Part shown: piece by piece, positions 37,130 through 46,925 of the stretch | Numbering within the stretch: position 1 is the first letter of the stretch | How the letters are laid out: every line of letters starts with the position of its first letter | From: Candidatus Aenigmatarchaeota archaeon | GTDB taxonomy: Archaea; Aenigmatarchaeota; Aenigmatarchaeia; CG10238-14; SCSR01 | Direction: 5' to 3' | DNA length: 48,506 nucleotides | Assembly: GCA_016187405.1 (NCBI GenBank) | Contig: JACPJS010000010.1 | Location: 1 to 48,506 of the forward strand | Made by a program: the position numbers and the translations under genes | Notes under the pieces: model-generated | The model's input: the letters and a program-made list of their open reading frames with translations, nothing else | Told to the model about the DNA's origin: nothing | Databases searched by the model: none

Positions 37130-37475
37130 GTTTTATCACTTTCTTCTATGCCATACACCAGAAACTTCGTCTCTGCGATACAAAAGTGGCAATAATTCTT
37201 CTCTTATAGCTCTCTCAGATCCTTCTGATAGGGATAATCCCTCAGGAGACAAAGCTTGATTCAATCCATCAACAATTTCATATGCGTGGATATAACCTAG
37301 ACGAGGTAATTCATAAGTAAATGTTCTTGGACCTGGTCTAGTAATAACAGCTACAACATATGCTGACATAGCTCCATTAACTGGTCCAATTCCAAGTATT
37401 AAATGACCATGGGCTATAGAACGTCCAGTTTCTCGAGATGAACTTTGTATTGCGCTTGTCATGTTTTATCACTTT
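37127..37475. repeat. 16-bp direct repeat (37127-37142 and 37460-37475)
   Basis: CATGTTTTATCACTTT twice; minus strand AAAGTGATAAAACATG = SD-like site plus start codon. Confidence 0.9.
37136..37462 (-). CDS. Hypothetical protein (orphan) between the promoter and tfb
   Basis: 108-aa ORF bounded by the 16-bp repeat. Confidence 0.7.
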   Translation of the reverse strand: MTSAIQSSSRETGRSIAHGHLILGIGPVNGAMSAYVVAVITRPGPRTFTYELPRLGYIHAYEIVDGLNQALSPEGLSLSEGSERAIREELLPLLYRRDEVSGVWHRRK

Positions 37476-37546
37476 AGAGTGAATTCAAATTTTACTATAA
37501 ACAGTTAACTATTTAAGCATTTCGATTTTACTTATTTTAGCTTTCC

Positions 37547-38020
37547 CTAACTTAAAGATATATTACTAACACGCTTCCTAATCAAATCACCGCCGCACCT
37601 AGAACAATGCAACTGGTCGTCATAGAATTTCTCGCAGTTCTCACAGTAACTTCTCCATATAACAACCTTTTTTATTTTCTTGTCAGTGGCTGAAACATAA
37701 TTGATGCCGAATTTCTGTGCGACGTTCTGTATGTTGAAATCATTGGAAACTATTGTAAGGTTCTTTTCCTTTGCAAGCGCGAGTATTTTAACGTCTGTCT
37801 GGGATAATTTTCCAGAATCACCAGTCTCACTCGACATCTTCTTTATCTCCTTTACAGATTTTTCATCAGGCTCTCTTGTCTTGATGTTCATGCCAGATAA
37901 TTTCATAGAAGTATTTCTATCCTTAATCTCATCCATCACTTCCGGCACTGTGAATATCTCCTCAAAGTTCCTGAAATCGTTCAGGAATATCACTGCATTG
38001 GTATCCAGCACTACTTTCAT
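37547..38020 (-). CDS. nob1: Nob1 endoribonuclease (PIN domain plus Zn ribbon)
   Basis: VLDTNA, VMDE, LSQTD, SNDFNIQNVA, CENC..CSRCG. Confidence 0.92.
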   Translation of the reverse strand: MKVVLDTNAVIFLNDFRNFEEIFTVPEVMDEIKDRNTSMKLSGMNIKTREPDEKSVKEIKKMSSETGDSGKLSQTDVKILALAKEKNLTIVSNDFNIQNVAQKFGINYVSATDKKIKKVVIWRSYCENCEKFYDDQLHCSRCGGDLIRKRVSNISLS

Positions 38021-38075
38021 ACAACTCTGATGATGTTGAGAAATTTATATTACTTGCGGAAGACAATAATTGTAT

Positions 38076-38282
38076 ATGGTAAAAGATTTCCCGCTGTTGC
38101 CTTTGGAGAAAATCGCGCGTGAAGCCGGAGCAGAAAGGGTATCCGCATCGGCACTTCATGAACTGAAGAAAGTTTTACTCGAGATATCAGAAGATATTGC
38201 AAGGAATGCAGTCAAATTCTCTGAGCACGCTAAAAGAGTCACTGTAAAAAGCGAAGATATCGTACTTGCTAACAAGAGATAG
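38076..38282 (+). CDS. Archaeal histone (HMf-like)
   Basis: PLEKIAREAGAERVS..HAKRVTVKSEDI. Confidence 0.93.
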   Translation: MVKDFPLLPLEKIAREAGAERVSASALHELKKVLLEISEDIARNAVKFSEHAKRVTVKSEDIVLANKR

Positions 38283-38345
38283 TTAATTTTTTAAACAATT
38301 TTCTCTTTGGAAATTAATTTAAATCAAACTGTACAGATATTGTGA

Positions 38346-38738
38346 ATGGCTGATTTTACTAGAACAGGAATCAAAGACCTTAAACCGGGCAGCTATGTCA
38401 TTATAGACGATGCTCCATGTAAGGTTGAGAAGGTACAGGTTTCTACATCCGGGAAGCATGGTCATGCAAAGATCAGAATTGAAGCCATGGGAATTTTAGA
38501 CGGCAGAAGAAGAAGCATACTAGGTCCGTCACATGAAGAAGTATCCGCTCCGATAATTCTGAAGAAAGAGGCGCAGGTACTTGCAGTTTCAGGAAACACA
38601 GCACAACTGATGGATATGGTTGATTATTCTACATTTGAATTGGAAATCGACGAGGCAGTGAGAGACAAGGTAATCGCAGGGAATGAGATTTCATACTTTG
38701 AAGTTCTGGGAATCAAAACTTTGAAACCGTTAAAGTAA
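38346..38738 (+). CDS. eif5a: Translation factor aIF5A
   Basis: GKHGHAK hypusination loop; AQVL..QLMD..Y. Confidence 0.96.
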   Translation: MADFTRTGIKDLKPGSYVIIDDAPCKVEKVQVSTSGKHGHAKIRIEAMGILDGRRRSILGPSHEEVSAPIILKKEAQVLAVSGNTAQLMDMVDYSTFELEIDEAVRDKVIAGNEISYFEVLGIKTLKPLK

Positions 38739-38775
38739 ATTTCTGATAATGTCACCTATTGAAACGATAAGTCAG

Positions 38776-39087
38776 TTAGACCTGTCCGGTAAGAACTAAT
38801 GCAATTGCAAATAAGAACAATATGATATCTATCACAATCAAAACTACACCGATAACCAAACCGATTATTGGCAATGTCTTTTTGGATTTTTTATTAAACA
38901 AATCGATTATACCCAGCACGACAGCAAATATGGCCGAGAATACTGATACAAAAATTGATAATAATATCAAAGTGTCTGCGATAGTTCCTGCTGCGGTAAC
39001 ACCTGCGATAATAAAATAAATCAATAAAGTCGCTATACCAACTAATGAAAGGATGAAGCTTGTTTTCCCTAAAGCAGAGGTCTCCAT
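38776..39087 (-). CDS. Small 3-TM membrane protein
   Basis: Three long hydrophobic segments. Confidence 0.7.
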   Translation of the reverse strand: METSALGKTSFILSLVGIATLLIYFIIAGVTAAGTIADTLILLSIFVSVFSAIFAVVLGIIDLFNKKSKKTLPIIGLVIGVVLIVIDIILFLFAIALVLTGQV

Positions 39088-39168
39088 GATTTTACTTATG
39101 TTATAAGGATTAAATACTATCCGGTCTGCAGTATATTGTTTAAATGCTTAATTCTCCTTTGTTAATTT

Positions 39169-39945
39169 ATGACTGGAGTTAGTACACGACTGGATGAATC
39201 TCAACAAGATACTAAACCTGCTTATACCCAACGTGTTGTATCTGGATTGTGGCATACTATTGATGAACTGAAAGTAGCTCAAGATGCCAGACTTCCGCCA
39301 GGTTATACAGTAAGTGTTAAATACAATTATGTTAATACACCGCATTATTACAATAATACAGCGAAAGTTACAGTTACACCTGACCGTATTTATGTTTTTG
39401 GTGGTGAACTGCAACCACGTACAGCATTGGTTGAACTGGGTAATCCGTATTCAGTTTATGACGAAAGACATCTTTATGTTGATCCGGATAATGTTAAACT
39501 TGAGAAAGCTGTAAGATTGTTGGCGCTCCATATTCAAGATGATATAAGAAGAAGAGGTAATGAAGAGGTAGAATTCATGTATGGCAAACTTAAAGACGCC
39601 GTTGAAAAAGGACTTATCATACCCGATGAAATACCATTAAGAAACATACCTGTTGGTAATCATGAATTTCCTGAGTTAATGGAGACCGCACAAGGAAATG
39701 CAATACTGCCTCAGAATGTAGGTGATTTCAGAGAAAACCCCATGGCATTATTTTGTTATCCTTTAGTTGGTTTACAAGAATACGAACGAATCGTAAAAAG
39801 ATTGTATAATGATTTTGGTATTCAGATACCACACAGCATGCGGCTAGATTTGGACTCTCTTGCTAGAAAATCAAATGCAAACGAAAAAAAGAGAAGACGC
39901 GTGTATATTGGTTTTGCATCGCATTATGAAGTTGATGTGGGATAA
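39169..39945 (+). CDS. Hypothetical protein (orphan, 258 aa)
   Basis: Long ATG ORF with TTTAAAT box upstream. Confidence 0.7.
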   Translation: MTGVSTRLDESQQDTKPAYTQRVVSGLWHTIDELKVAQDARLPPGYTVSVKYNYVNTPHYYNNTAKVTVTPDRIYVFGGELQPRTALVELGNPYSVYDERHLYVDPDNVKLEKAVRLLALHIQDDIRRRGNEEVEFMYGKLKDAVEKGLIIPDEIPLRNIPVGNHEFPELMETAQGNAILPQNVGDFRENPMALFCYPLVGLQEYERIVKRLYNDFGIQIPHSMRLDLDSLARKSNANEKKRRRVYIGFASHYEVDVG

Positions 39946-40481
39946 ATTCTTTTCCGATAAATATCTCTAGTGAAATTAATTTTGAAAAAATGAAGAGTGT
40001 TTCCACTATTCATAGGAACAGGTCATTTATCAAGGCCCATCAATCTCAGACGATTAGTAAGAGCCAGCTGAAATTCTCGCTCGAAAGCTTGAATCTTACA
40101 CCGCTCTCCTATCAACGCTATCGTCTATAGCAGTCCTCGTCCAATCACCGGTCCTTGCGAACCAGCAATCGGAATAGTTGTCTATTTTTTCGGATGGTTT
40201 CGTCCTTAGATGCTTTCAGGTCTTATCCATGTATGGCTTAGCTGCCCAGCAATGCGCAAACAACTGGTACACCAGAGGCCACGGGGGGATGTTCCTTTCG
40301 TACTTAACCCTCCTTCCGATCAGACAACTGACACCTCCTGTAGATAGCGACCGAACTGTCTCACAACGTTCTGAACCCAGCTAGCGTCCCCTTTTAACCA
40401 GTGGACACCTGTACCCTTGGCCGCTGCTGCACGGCCAGGAGAGGGGGAGCCGACAACGACGCATCAACGCGCCGGGTCAAT

Positions 40482-40535
40482 TTACTCGCACATTATCTTC
40501 TGGGAAATAAATCGACCCCAAAGAGCTATATGCCA
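40482..40535 (-). other. 54-nt BHB-type intron in the 23S helix 89 loop
   Basis: Removal restores GAAAGCUCAC|AUUGACCCGG; central helix GCUC/GAGU; intron folds as a hairpin. Confidence 0.85.
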
Positions 40536-40707
40536 GTGAGCTTTCACCGGCCACGAACCCATTATCCCCGAGGTAGCTTTTCTCATACCACCGGCACCCA
40601 TTAATGGTAACCGATGTATCGCTAACCCGCGCTTTCGCGGTTGAATTCCTTGCTGGTCGGAATCCAATCAGACTTCCTTTTGCGTTTATGCTCTATTCCG
40701 GATTTCT

Positions 40708-40814
40708 GTCGGGTAATGTGAAATGATAAACCGTAACTCATAAGCTACCTCGCTTATCATCTTTTTTTCAAACATAAAGCTTGTATTCATCATCACGTAC
40801 ACAATTCACACTAT
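40708..40814 (-). other. 107-nt canonical BHB intron in the 23S helix 84 loop
   Basis: CGGG/CCCG helix, UCA and ACA bulges, 9-bp intron stem; removal restores CCGGGUC|AGAAAUCCGG. Confidence 0.92.
40738..40796 (-). ncRNA. Candidate intron-encoded box C/D guide sRNA
   Basis: C (AUGAUGA), D' (UUGA), C' (AUGAUAA), D (AUGA); D guide is 11/11 complementary to 23S 40569-40579. Confidence 0.7.
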
Positions 40815-43230
40815 GACCCGGATGAGGAAATCTTAGGAGACCCTTGATCCTTTATCGAGGGTGTACCGCCCCAGCCGAACTACCCATCTGATGCTGTTCT
40901 CTTGCAAGTAAGCAATACAATTCTGAAAGGGTAGTGTTACAATTGCCTCTCAGTTTTACCCAAAGGCAAAACCTGATAGCGAGTCCTACCTACACTATGC
41001 AGCCAAAATCGTACCGCAACAACAGACTGTAGTAAAGCTCTACGGGGTCTACGTTTCCCACAGGAGGTCTCAGGCCTATTCACCTGAAAAGCAACTTCAC
41101 TGGGTATCAGTTCAAGACAGTAGAGAAGTCGTTAAGCCATTCAGACGGGCCGTCAATCAAACGGCAAGGGATTACGCTACTTTACGACGGTCAGAGTTAC
41201 CGCCACCGTTTACTAGGGCTTTTTTCGGTTGAACCCGAATTTCACACACTAGTACTGGGTAGGCATCAGAAACTGTACTTATCTTTTCAGACTTGCAGTC
41301 TCAGTTGTTTTTGTTAAACAGTCGCTCCCCTCTTGTTATTGAAACCTACAGTTCCCCTTGCGGAAAACCATAGGCACTCCTTCTCGCGAACTTACGGAGC
41401 CAAATTGCCGAGTTCCTTGAACAGAGTTGTCCCAACACGCCTTCGCCTTCTCAGCGAGTCCACCTGTGACGGTTCTCGGTATGGACATGAAGGATCCTTC
41501 CCGATTCGATTTTCACGGGCTCCTAGAGTCGACAGAACTCTACATACATAGAGCTATTCCTACTTTCCTCTCTTTCTCCTCGTTACAAGACTCCAGAGAA
41601 TTCAGTAGTTAACTTGCGTCTGCCTATCTTGAAGCGTCTCAAATCGGGCTTGCGTTACCGCGCGTACCTCCATGGTATCGGAATATTAACCGATTTCCCT
41701 ATCGTGTTTTTAGATTAGCGAAACACTTAGGACCAACTAACTGCCAGCTGACGAACATTGCTGACAAACCCTTGGACTTTAGGCGGCTGGAATTCTCATC
41801 CAGCTATGTTGCTACTATTGGCAGGATCTTTATTTCTACATGATCTACTCCTGCTCACGCAGAAGCTTCTATTCACGAAGAACACTCATCTACCCTCTCT
41901 TTCGAGAGCTTGAGTATCGATAGCTGACTTAGTCCCTTCCATTTTCAGGGCATAAATCCTCGGTAGGTAAGTTGTTACACACTTCTTAGCTAATGGCTAC
42001 TTCTAAGCCTATAGTCCTACTGTCTGAGGATTCACACTCCCTTCTTCGTTTAGTCAGCATTTAGGGATCTTAACTCAAGTCTGGCTTTTTTTCCTTTTGG
42101 ACGCCGAGCTTACCCCAGCGACCTAACTCCGGTCTTCTACGACTACAAGAGATTCGGAGTTTAACAAGAAAACTGGACCTTTCGATCCGTGGTTTTCTAA
42201 TTAGTATCTCTACCCTCCCGTAAGTCTCAGACCAGGCTGCACCAAGATGCATTTCGATGAGAACCAGCTATCACTAGATTCGATAGGCTTTTCACCCCTA
42301 ACCCCGGATCACCCGAAGGAATGGATCTCACAACCGGTAGCGGACCTCCACCTACCTTTCAGTAGGCTTCATCCTGCCCAGGGTTAGATCATCTAGTTTC
42401 AGGTCCTATCCTAGTAACTTCAGGCACTTTCACACCTTGTCCCACGCAGTTTTTACACTGTTACGGACGTATCGCTTTCGCTTGTGTTCCTTGGCTTAAA
42501 CCAATTAACATCGCTACTAGGATAGACTCCCTGCCCCGTTTTTCGGAACGGACGATACGATCCTGTAATCTATCTTTCGTACCACAAGTTCTCACTTGTT
42601 TCCTTCAAGACAGAACCTTCCGGACCGTATCTGACTATGACCACATTGGTTTCAAGCTCTATTTCACCCTGTTTTCACAGTACTTTTCAGCTTTCAATCG
42701 CTTTACTACTTTGCTATCGGACTTTGGCAATATTTAGAGTTGCTAGTTAATTCTAGCGGATTTATGCACAATATTCAGTGTACATTACTCAGGATACTCG
42801 CCATTTCCCACCAATCTACCTCTACGGGACTATCACCCTCTAAGGTGCCGTTTTCCAACAGACTTTAAGTCGAGAGGTTCAGGGAAGACACGAGTCCTAC
42901 AACACCACATCCATCCTTGCTTTCACAAGGTGTTCGGTTTGCTCTGTTTCGCTTTCGCTCGCCGTTACTCGCGAAATCTCAATTGATTTCTCTTCCTGCG
43001 GCTACTAAGATGCTTCAATTTACCGCGTTCCTTACCCTTTCGGGTTGACTCTCAACGAGCCATGATTCACATTTAGACATTCCAGGGTCAAATCCTCCTT
43101 GCGGATAACCTGGACTTATCACAGCTTGGCATGTCCTTCTTCAGTCCCAAAGCCTAGCTATCCACCAAGTGGCGTATTTATTGACAGGCCTTATTGACCA
43201 ACCTGTTCCTATGAATAGTGTCATCTTTGT

Positions 43231-43291
43231 GGTTTCATTTGACAGTTCGCTCTTCATATCAGCATCAGATACTAAACTTCAATCACTAACC
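43231..43291 (-). ncRNA. Candidate box C/D-like sRNA in the 23S 5' leader
   Basis: GGUU/AACC stem, GUGAUUG, CUGA, AUGAAGA, AUGA; 9-nt complement to 23S 40352-40360. Confidence 0.45.
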
Positions 43292-43454
43292 TTCACTCTT
43301 CAATCCATATACGCATATGGATCTGCATAAACATAGATGCCTCATGCGAAATTTTTAGAATCACAGAGAAGCACGTGTAATTAAACACTCCTATGAAGCG
43401 GTTTAGGCAAACATAGTATCACAATTTTTGTATTAACTTTATTGACACCAAACG

Positions 43455-43468
43455 TTTAAATAGATTTC
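43455..43468 (-). promoter_or_regulatory. Candidate BRE/TATA for a stand-alone 23S transcript
   Basis: Minus strand GAAATCTATTTAAA about 235 nt upstream of the processing stem. Confidence 0.5.
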
Positions 43469-43543
43469 GAGATTTCGGGCGTTGCCTAAGAAGTGATTCT
43501 TGCACAAAAAGTTCTTTAATTGATTTGAGATAAATTATTATTA

Positions 43544-44206
43544 ATGCCATACAAACTTTCGCCTTCTTCATTGTCTTTATTGAAAGAATGTCCGAGATGT
43601 TTCTGGCTCCAATTTAACAAAAAGATACATAGACCTAACGGTGTATTTCCATCTCTCCCGTCAGGTATGGACAGAATATTCAAGACACATTTTGATTCCT
43701 TCCGTGACAAAGGATTGTTACCGCCTGAACTTGAAAAACTGGATGGCAGTACGAAATTATTTGGTGACAAGCAAGTTCTGGATATATGGAGAAACAATCT
43801 CAAAGGCATTCAATGGACTGACGATGAAGGCAACATATTCAGGGGTGCAGTCGATAATATCCTCCAGAAAGGCAAGAAACTCATAGTCCTTGATTACAAA
43901 ACAAGAGGATATGAACTGAAGGAAGACACCCATGAACACTATCAGGACCAGTTGGACATCTACAACCTCCTGTTAAGGAAGAACGGGTATGATACAGAAG
44001 ATTATGCATATCTACTGTTCTATTATCCTAATAAAATTAATGAGAACGGGGATGTGCTGTTTCACAATAAGTTGCTGAAAATGAAGATTTCAATAAAGAA
44101 TGCCGAAAGGATTTTTAAGGAAGCTATTAATATCTTAAAGGGAGATATGCCGGAAATCAATGATGATTGTGTATTTTGTGAATGGATTGAAGTGAACAAT
44201 ATATAA
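43544..44206 (+). CDS. PD-(D/E)XK nuclease (RecB/Cas4-like, stand-alone)
   Basis: LSPSSL..CPRCF, GAVD, VLDYKT, QLDIY, C..C.W. Confidence 0.88.
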   Translation: MPYKLSPSSLSLLKECPRCFWLQFNKKIHRPNGVFPSLPSGMDRIFKTHFDSFRDKGLLPPELEKLDGSTKLFGDKQVLDIWRNNLKGIQWTDDEGNIFRGAVDNILQKGKKLIVLDYKTRGYELKEDTHEHYQDQLDIYNLLLRKNGYDTEDYAYLLFYYPNKINENGDVLFHNKLLKMKISIKNAERIFKEAINILKGDMPEINDDCVFCEWIEVNNI

Positions 44207-44268
44207 GAAGTGTATTATGTTAAATGAAGAAAACATTAAAAAAGAAATTAAAACTCAATTCTATCAAT

Positions 44269-46043
44269 TCATGATTGTATCTTAGATTTGAAAAATTCTT
44301 TTGTATCTTTATCCATAAAATAAACATAAACACCTTTATGCGCACGAGACATCAGTACTCTATACACATTTTTCAAATGTTCTGTTAAATTTTTATTTCC
44401 ACGTTTAACAACACTATCTTGAGAATTTTCAGGTTTACTAATCCATTTCTTTTGTTTTTTATCATAAACTAAATCATTACTAAATATTACTCCAATATAA
44501 TCAAATTCGAATCCCTGTGCAGTATAAACTGTTCCAACTTGATCCATTCCACTTTCATTTGTAGCCCATGTCCAAGCCTCTTTTTTATTTTCCCAAGGCA
44601 TTTCAAAATCACCAATCTTAACATCATTCACTAAACTACCGTCAGGTCTCGGTTCACTCCAAGGCCAGCAAAAACCGGCGACTATTCTAGCTGAATTTCC
44701 CTTTTCTTTATTTTTTTGTTCAATAGCCTTCTTTAGTTCATGTGGAGAATCAAATATTTTGAATTCCATTCCAGTAGCTTTTGTTAAAGTTTGAATATCT
44801 GATTCTCTTATATCCAAAATATTTTCCAACCATTGTAAATATGTATCAGAACCAGAACATCTAAATTGTGTCTTCAATTCAAACTCGAAGATGTTTGATT
44901 CAGAAACTTCTAATTTTTTAGCTGCATTTTTAATCAATTCGACATTCCATATTTCGTTAGGTCTTACAATTTGATGTTCATCGTCATTACTAGTCTTCCT
45001 TATTCTATGAGCCTCGTCACAAATTAAAACATTAATTTCATTTTCTTTTAATTTTGTAAAGTTGAAAAAGAATTTGTAGAATTTCTCTGCTCTCTTACCA
45101 ACCAATTTCCTTAATGTTTTTGTAAATGCAGAAGAACCGGTAGCATGGAAAACAGTTTTACCTTTTCTCATTAATTCTCCCATTACTTCCAATGCTATGA
45201 CAGACTTTCCTGTACCTAGACCACCTTTAACAATAATAACAGATTTTTCATGTTGTTTCGATTGTCTGTTAGCTCTATACATTATAGCATTATAAGCTGC
45301 AATTTGATCGTCTATTAAATTGAAAACTTGTTGTTTGTTTATCATATCTCCAACGTGATCCAATAATTTTTTGGATGGCCTTATAGGACTGTTAACGAAT
45401 CTATTGAAAACTTGAAATCCAGAATCTTTAGAAAGTTTGTCTTTTAGAAATTCACCAAGTTTCTTTACATCTTGTTTTGAAAATAATGGATATTTTTTTA
45501 TTGCATTTTGAAACTTTTGAGCATACAAAACTGAATTTTCTGTTCTGGTATAATTATGACAGTAAACACAACCCACCACAATTCTATTTTAGGCGTATCT
45601 TGAAAAACTTTAATAAAGTCATTCATGTCTATAACATAAGCTTCAACTTGAAAACATGGATGTTCAGATTGACTAATATGATTTCCATAGTCAATTTCTA
45701 AATTTCCTTCTATTTCGGTGTCTTTCACACTGTTGTTAGACCATTGTTTTAATTCTATTATGACTATAGTGTCTTTGTTATCAATTGATTTTCCAAATAA
45801 TACAATATCAATTCTTCTTTCAGAGTACGGTAATTTGTATTCTATAACTATTTTATTGTTGATTAATTCTGGAGTGTCTAAAGAATCTTTCAGAACTCTA
45901 AGCGACGATTCACATGAACGATATTCGGACTCATTTACTTTACGTTGAATTTTTTCTAAATAGTTTTTCGCTACGATATCAGCAATTTCATTGTTTAGAA
46001 CGTCCCTTTTGAATTCACCAACAGTTCCTTCATATAATCGCAT
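44269..46043 (-). pseudogene. Frameshifted DUF2075-type nuclease-helicase (Schlafen group 3-like helicase domain)
   Basis: N-part RRIDIVLFG..IIELKQW (45498..46043); C-part GGLGTGKS, DEAHR, TQFRC, YTAQGFE, YRVLMSRA; frame change near 45572-45582. Confidence 0.8.
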
Positions 46044-46044
46044 T

Positions 46045-46404
46045 TTACAGCTCCGTATACTTATTGTTTGATCCTTTGGATTTTTCTACTGGATATCTAG
46101 ATTCATTCTTCTTTAATTTGTTTTTTAATTCAGTACTCAAGTCAATATCGTATTTTTGAGCTAAACGTAAAACAAAATATAAAACATCAGCAAGTTCTTC
46201 AGAAATTTCATTCTTTTTATCGGTTTTGAACATTTCTTCAACTTCTTTCTCTGATTTGAATCTGAAGTGTTCTAAAAGTTCAGAAGATTCCGTTATAATT
46301 CCAATAGCCAAATCTTTTGCATTATGATACTGATCCCAGTCACGATCCCCACAGAAATTTTTTACAGCATCCTTTAGTTCTTTAATAGTAGTTTCAGAGT
46401 CCAT
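46045..46404 (-). CDS. MazG-like nucleotide pyrophosphohydrolase (dCTPase/RS21-C6 type)
   Basis: RDWDQYHNAKDLA..ESSELLE, EELADV, RYPVEKSKG. Confidence 0.92.
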   Translation of the reverse strand: MDSETTIKELKDAVKNFCGDRDWDQYHNAKDLAIGIITESSELLEHFRFKSEKEVEEMFKTDKKNEISEELADVLYFVLRLAQKYDIDLSTELKNKLKKNESRYPVEKSKGSNNKYTEL

Positions 46405-46571
46405 AAAATTAACTTATCGTAAAGAGTTAAATCTACATTTATCACAAAACGGACAACTTAACACCTCATATTGACCAGCCATATTAAACAATTATTATAT
46501 ACTATATTTTTATTCTTCCACTTCTTAGGCAAAGCCGCGATTTGGAGCCTTGTTGAACGGGATAGATATTT

Positions 46572-46925
46572 ATGGATAACAAATTAGATTCTCATATGGA
46601 CTTTGAAGAATACCAGAAGAAAACAAAAAAGACTGCAGTGTATCCGAACCAGGGAAATAATTTCGTTTATCCTACATTGGGGTTGACCGGTGAAAGCGGG
46701 GAAGTCGCAGATAAGATTAAAAAAGTGCTCCGTGATAAGAACGGTGTTGTTGATGAGAATACTAAACTTGAAATCGAAAAGGAACTGGGCGATGTGTTAT
46801 GGTATCTGAGCCAGATATCAACTGAACTCGGATTGTCATTGGATGAGATTGCACAGAAAAATATAATCAAATTGTTATCGAGATTGGAAAGAAACACTAT
46901 TCATGGCGACGGAGACAATAGATAG
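46572..46925 (+). CDS. MazG-like NTP pyrophosphohydrolase (second subfamily)
   Basis: YPTLGLTGESGEVADKIKK, KELGDVLWY, GDGDNR. Confidence 0.92.
   Translation: MDNKLDSHMDFEEYQKKTKKTAVYPNQGNNFVYPTLGLTGESGEVADKIKKVLRDKNGVVDENTKLEIEKELGDVLWYLSQISTELGLSLDEIAQKNIIKLLSRLERNTIHGDGDNR

Larger units (their letters stand above)
40040..43185 (-). rRNA. rrl: 23S rRNA containing two introns (ends approximate)
   Basis: Conserved LSU motifs on the minus strand: AGUACGAAAGGAAC (SRL), CUGGGUUCAGAACG, GGUAACUCUGACC, GCUGGUUCUC; enclosed by the processing stem. Confidence 0.98.
40004..43220 (-). repeat. 23S precursor processing stem with BHB-like motif
   Basis: Perfect 20-bp inverted repeat 40004-40023/43201-43220; inner 13-bp stem 40032-40044/43180-43192; two AAU bulges around a 4-bp helix with one G-A mismatch. 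Confidence 0.9.

Noticed and set aside
39946..40003. 5S rRNA downstream of 23S
   Set aside because: No 5S-like sequence; only an AT-rich terminator-like gap.
40130..40180. Extra-looking segment near the 23S 3' end
   Set aside because: Falls in the variable helix 98 region and shows no BHB motif; treated as expansion sequence.
40178..42252. Short ORFs within the 23S gene, including possible homing endonucleases
   Set aside because: They overlap conserved rRNA; both introns are too short and have no LAGLIDADG or HNH motif.
43544..44206. Cas4 / CRISPR system
   Set aside because: No repeat-spacer array or other cas genes in the window; a stand-alone nuclease.
45560..45590. Programmed frameshift in the DUF2075 gene
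   Set aside because: No clear slippery heptamer at the junction, and other lesions point to decay.
46414..46482. 22-codon minus-strand ORF MAGQYEVLSCPFCDKCRFNSLR upstream of MazG
   Set aside because: Possibly a truncated Zn-finger gene start, but too short to support a call.
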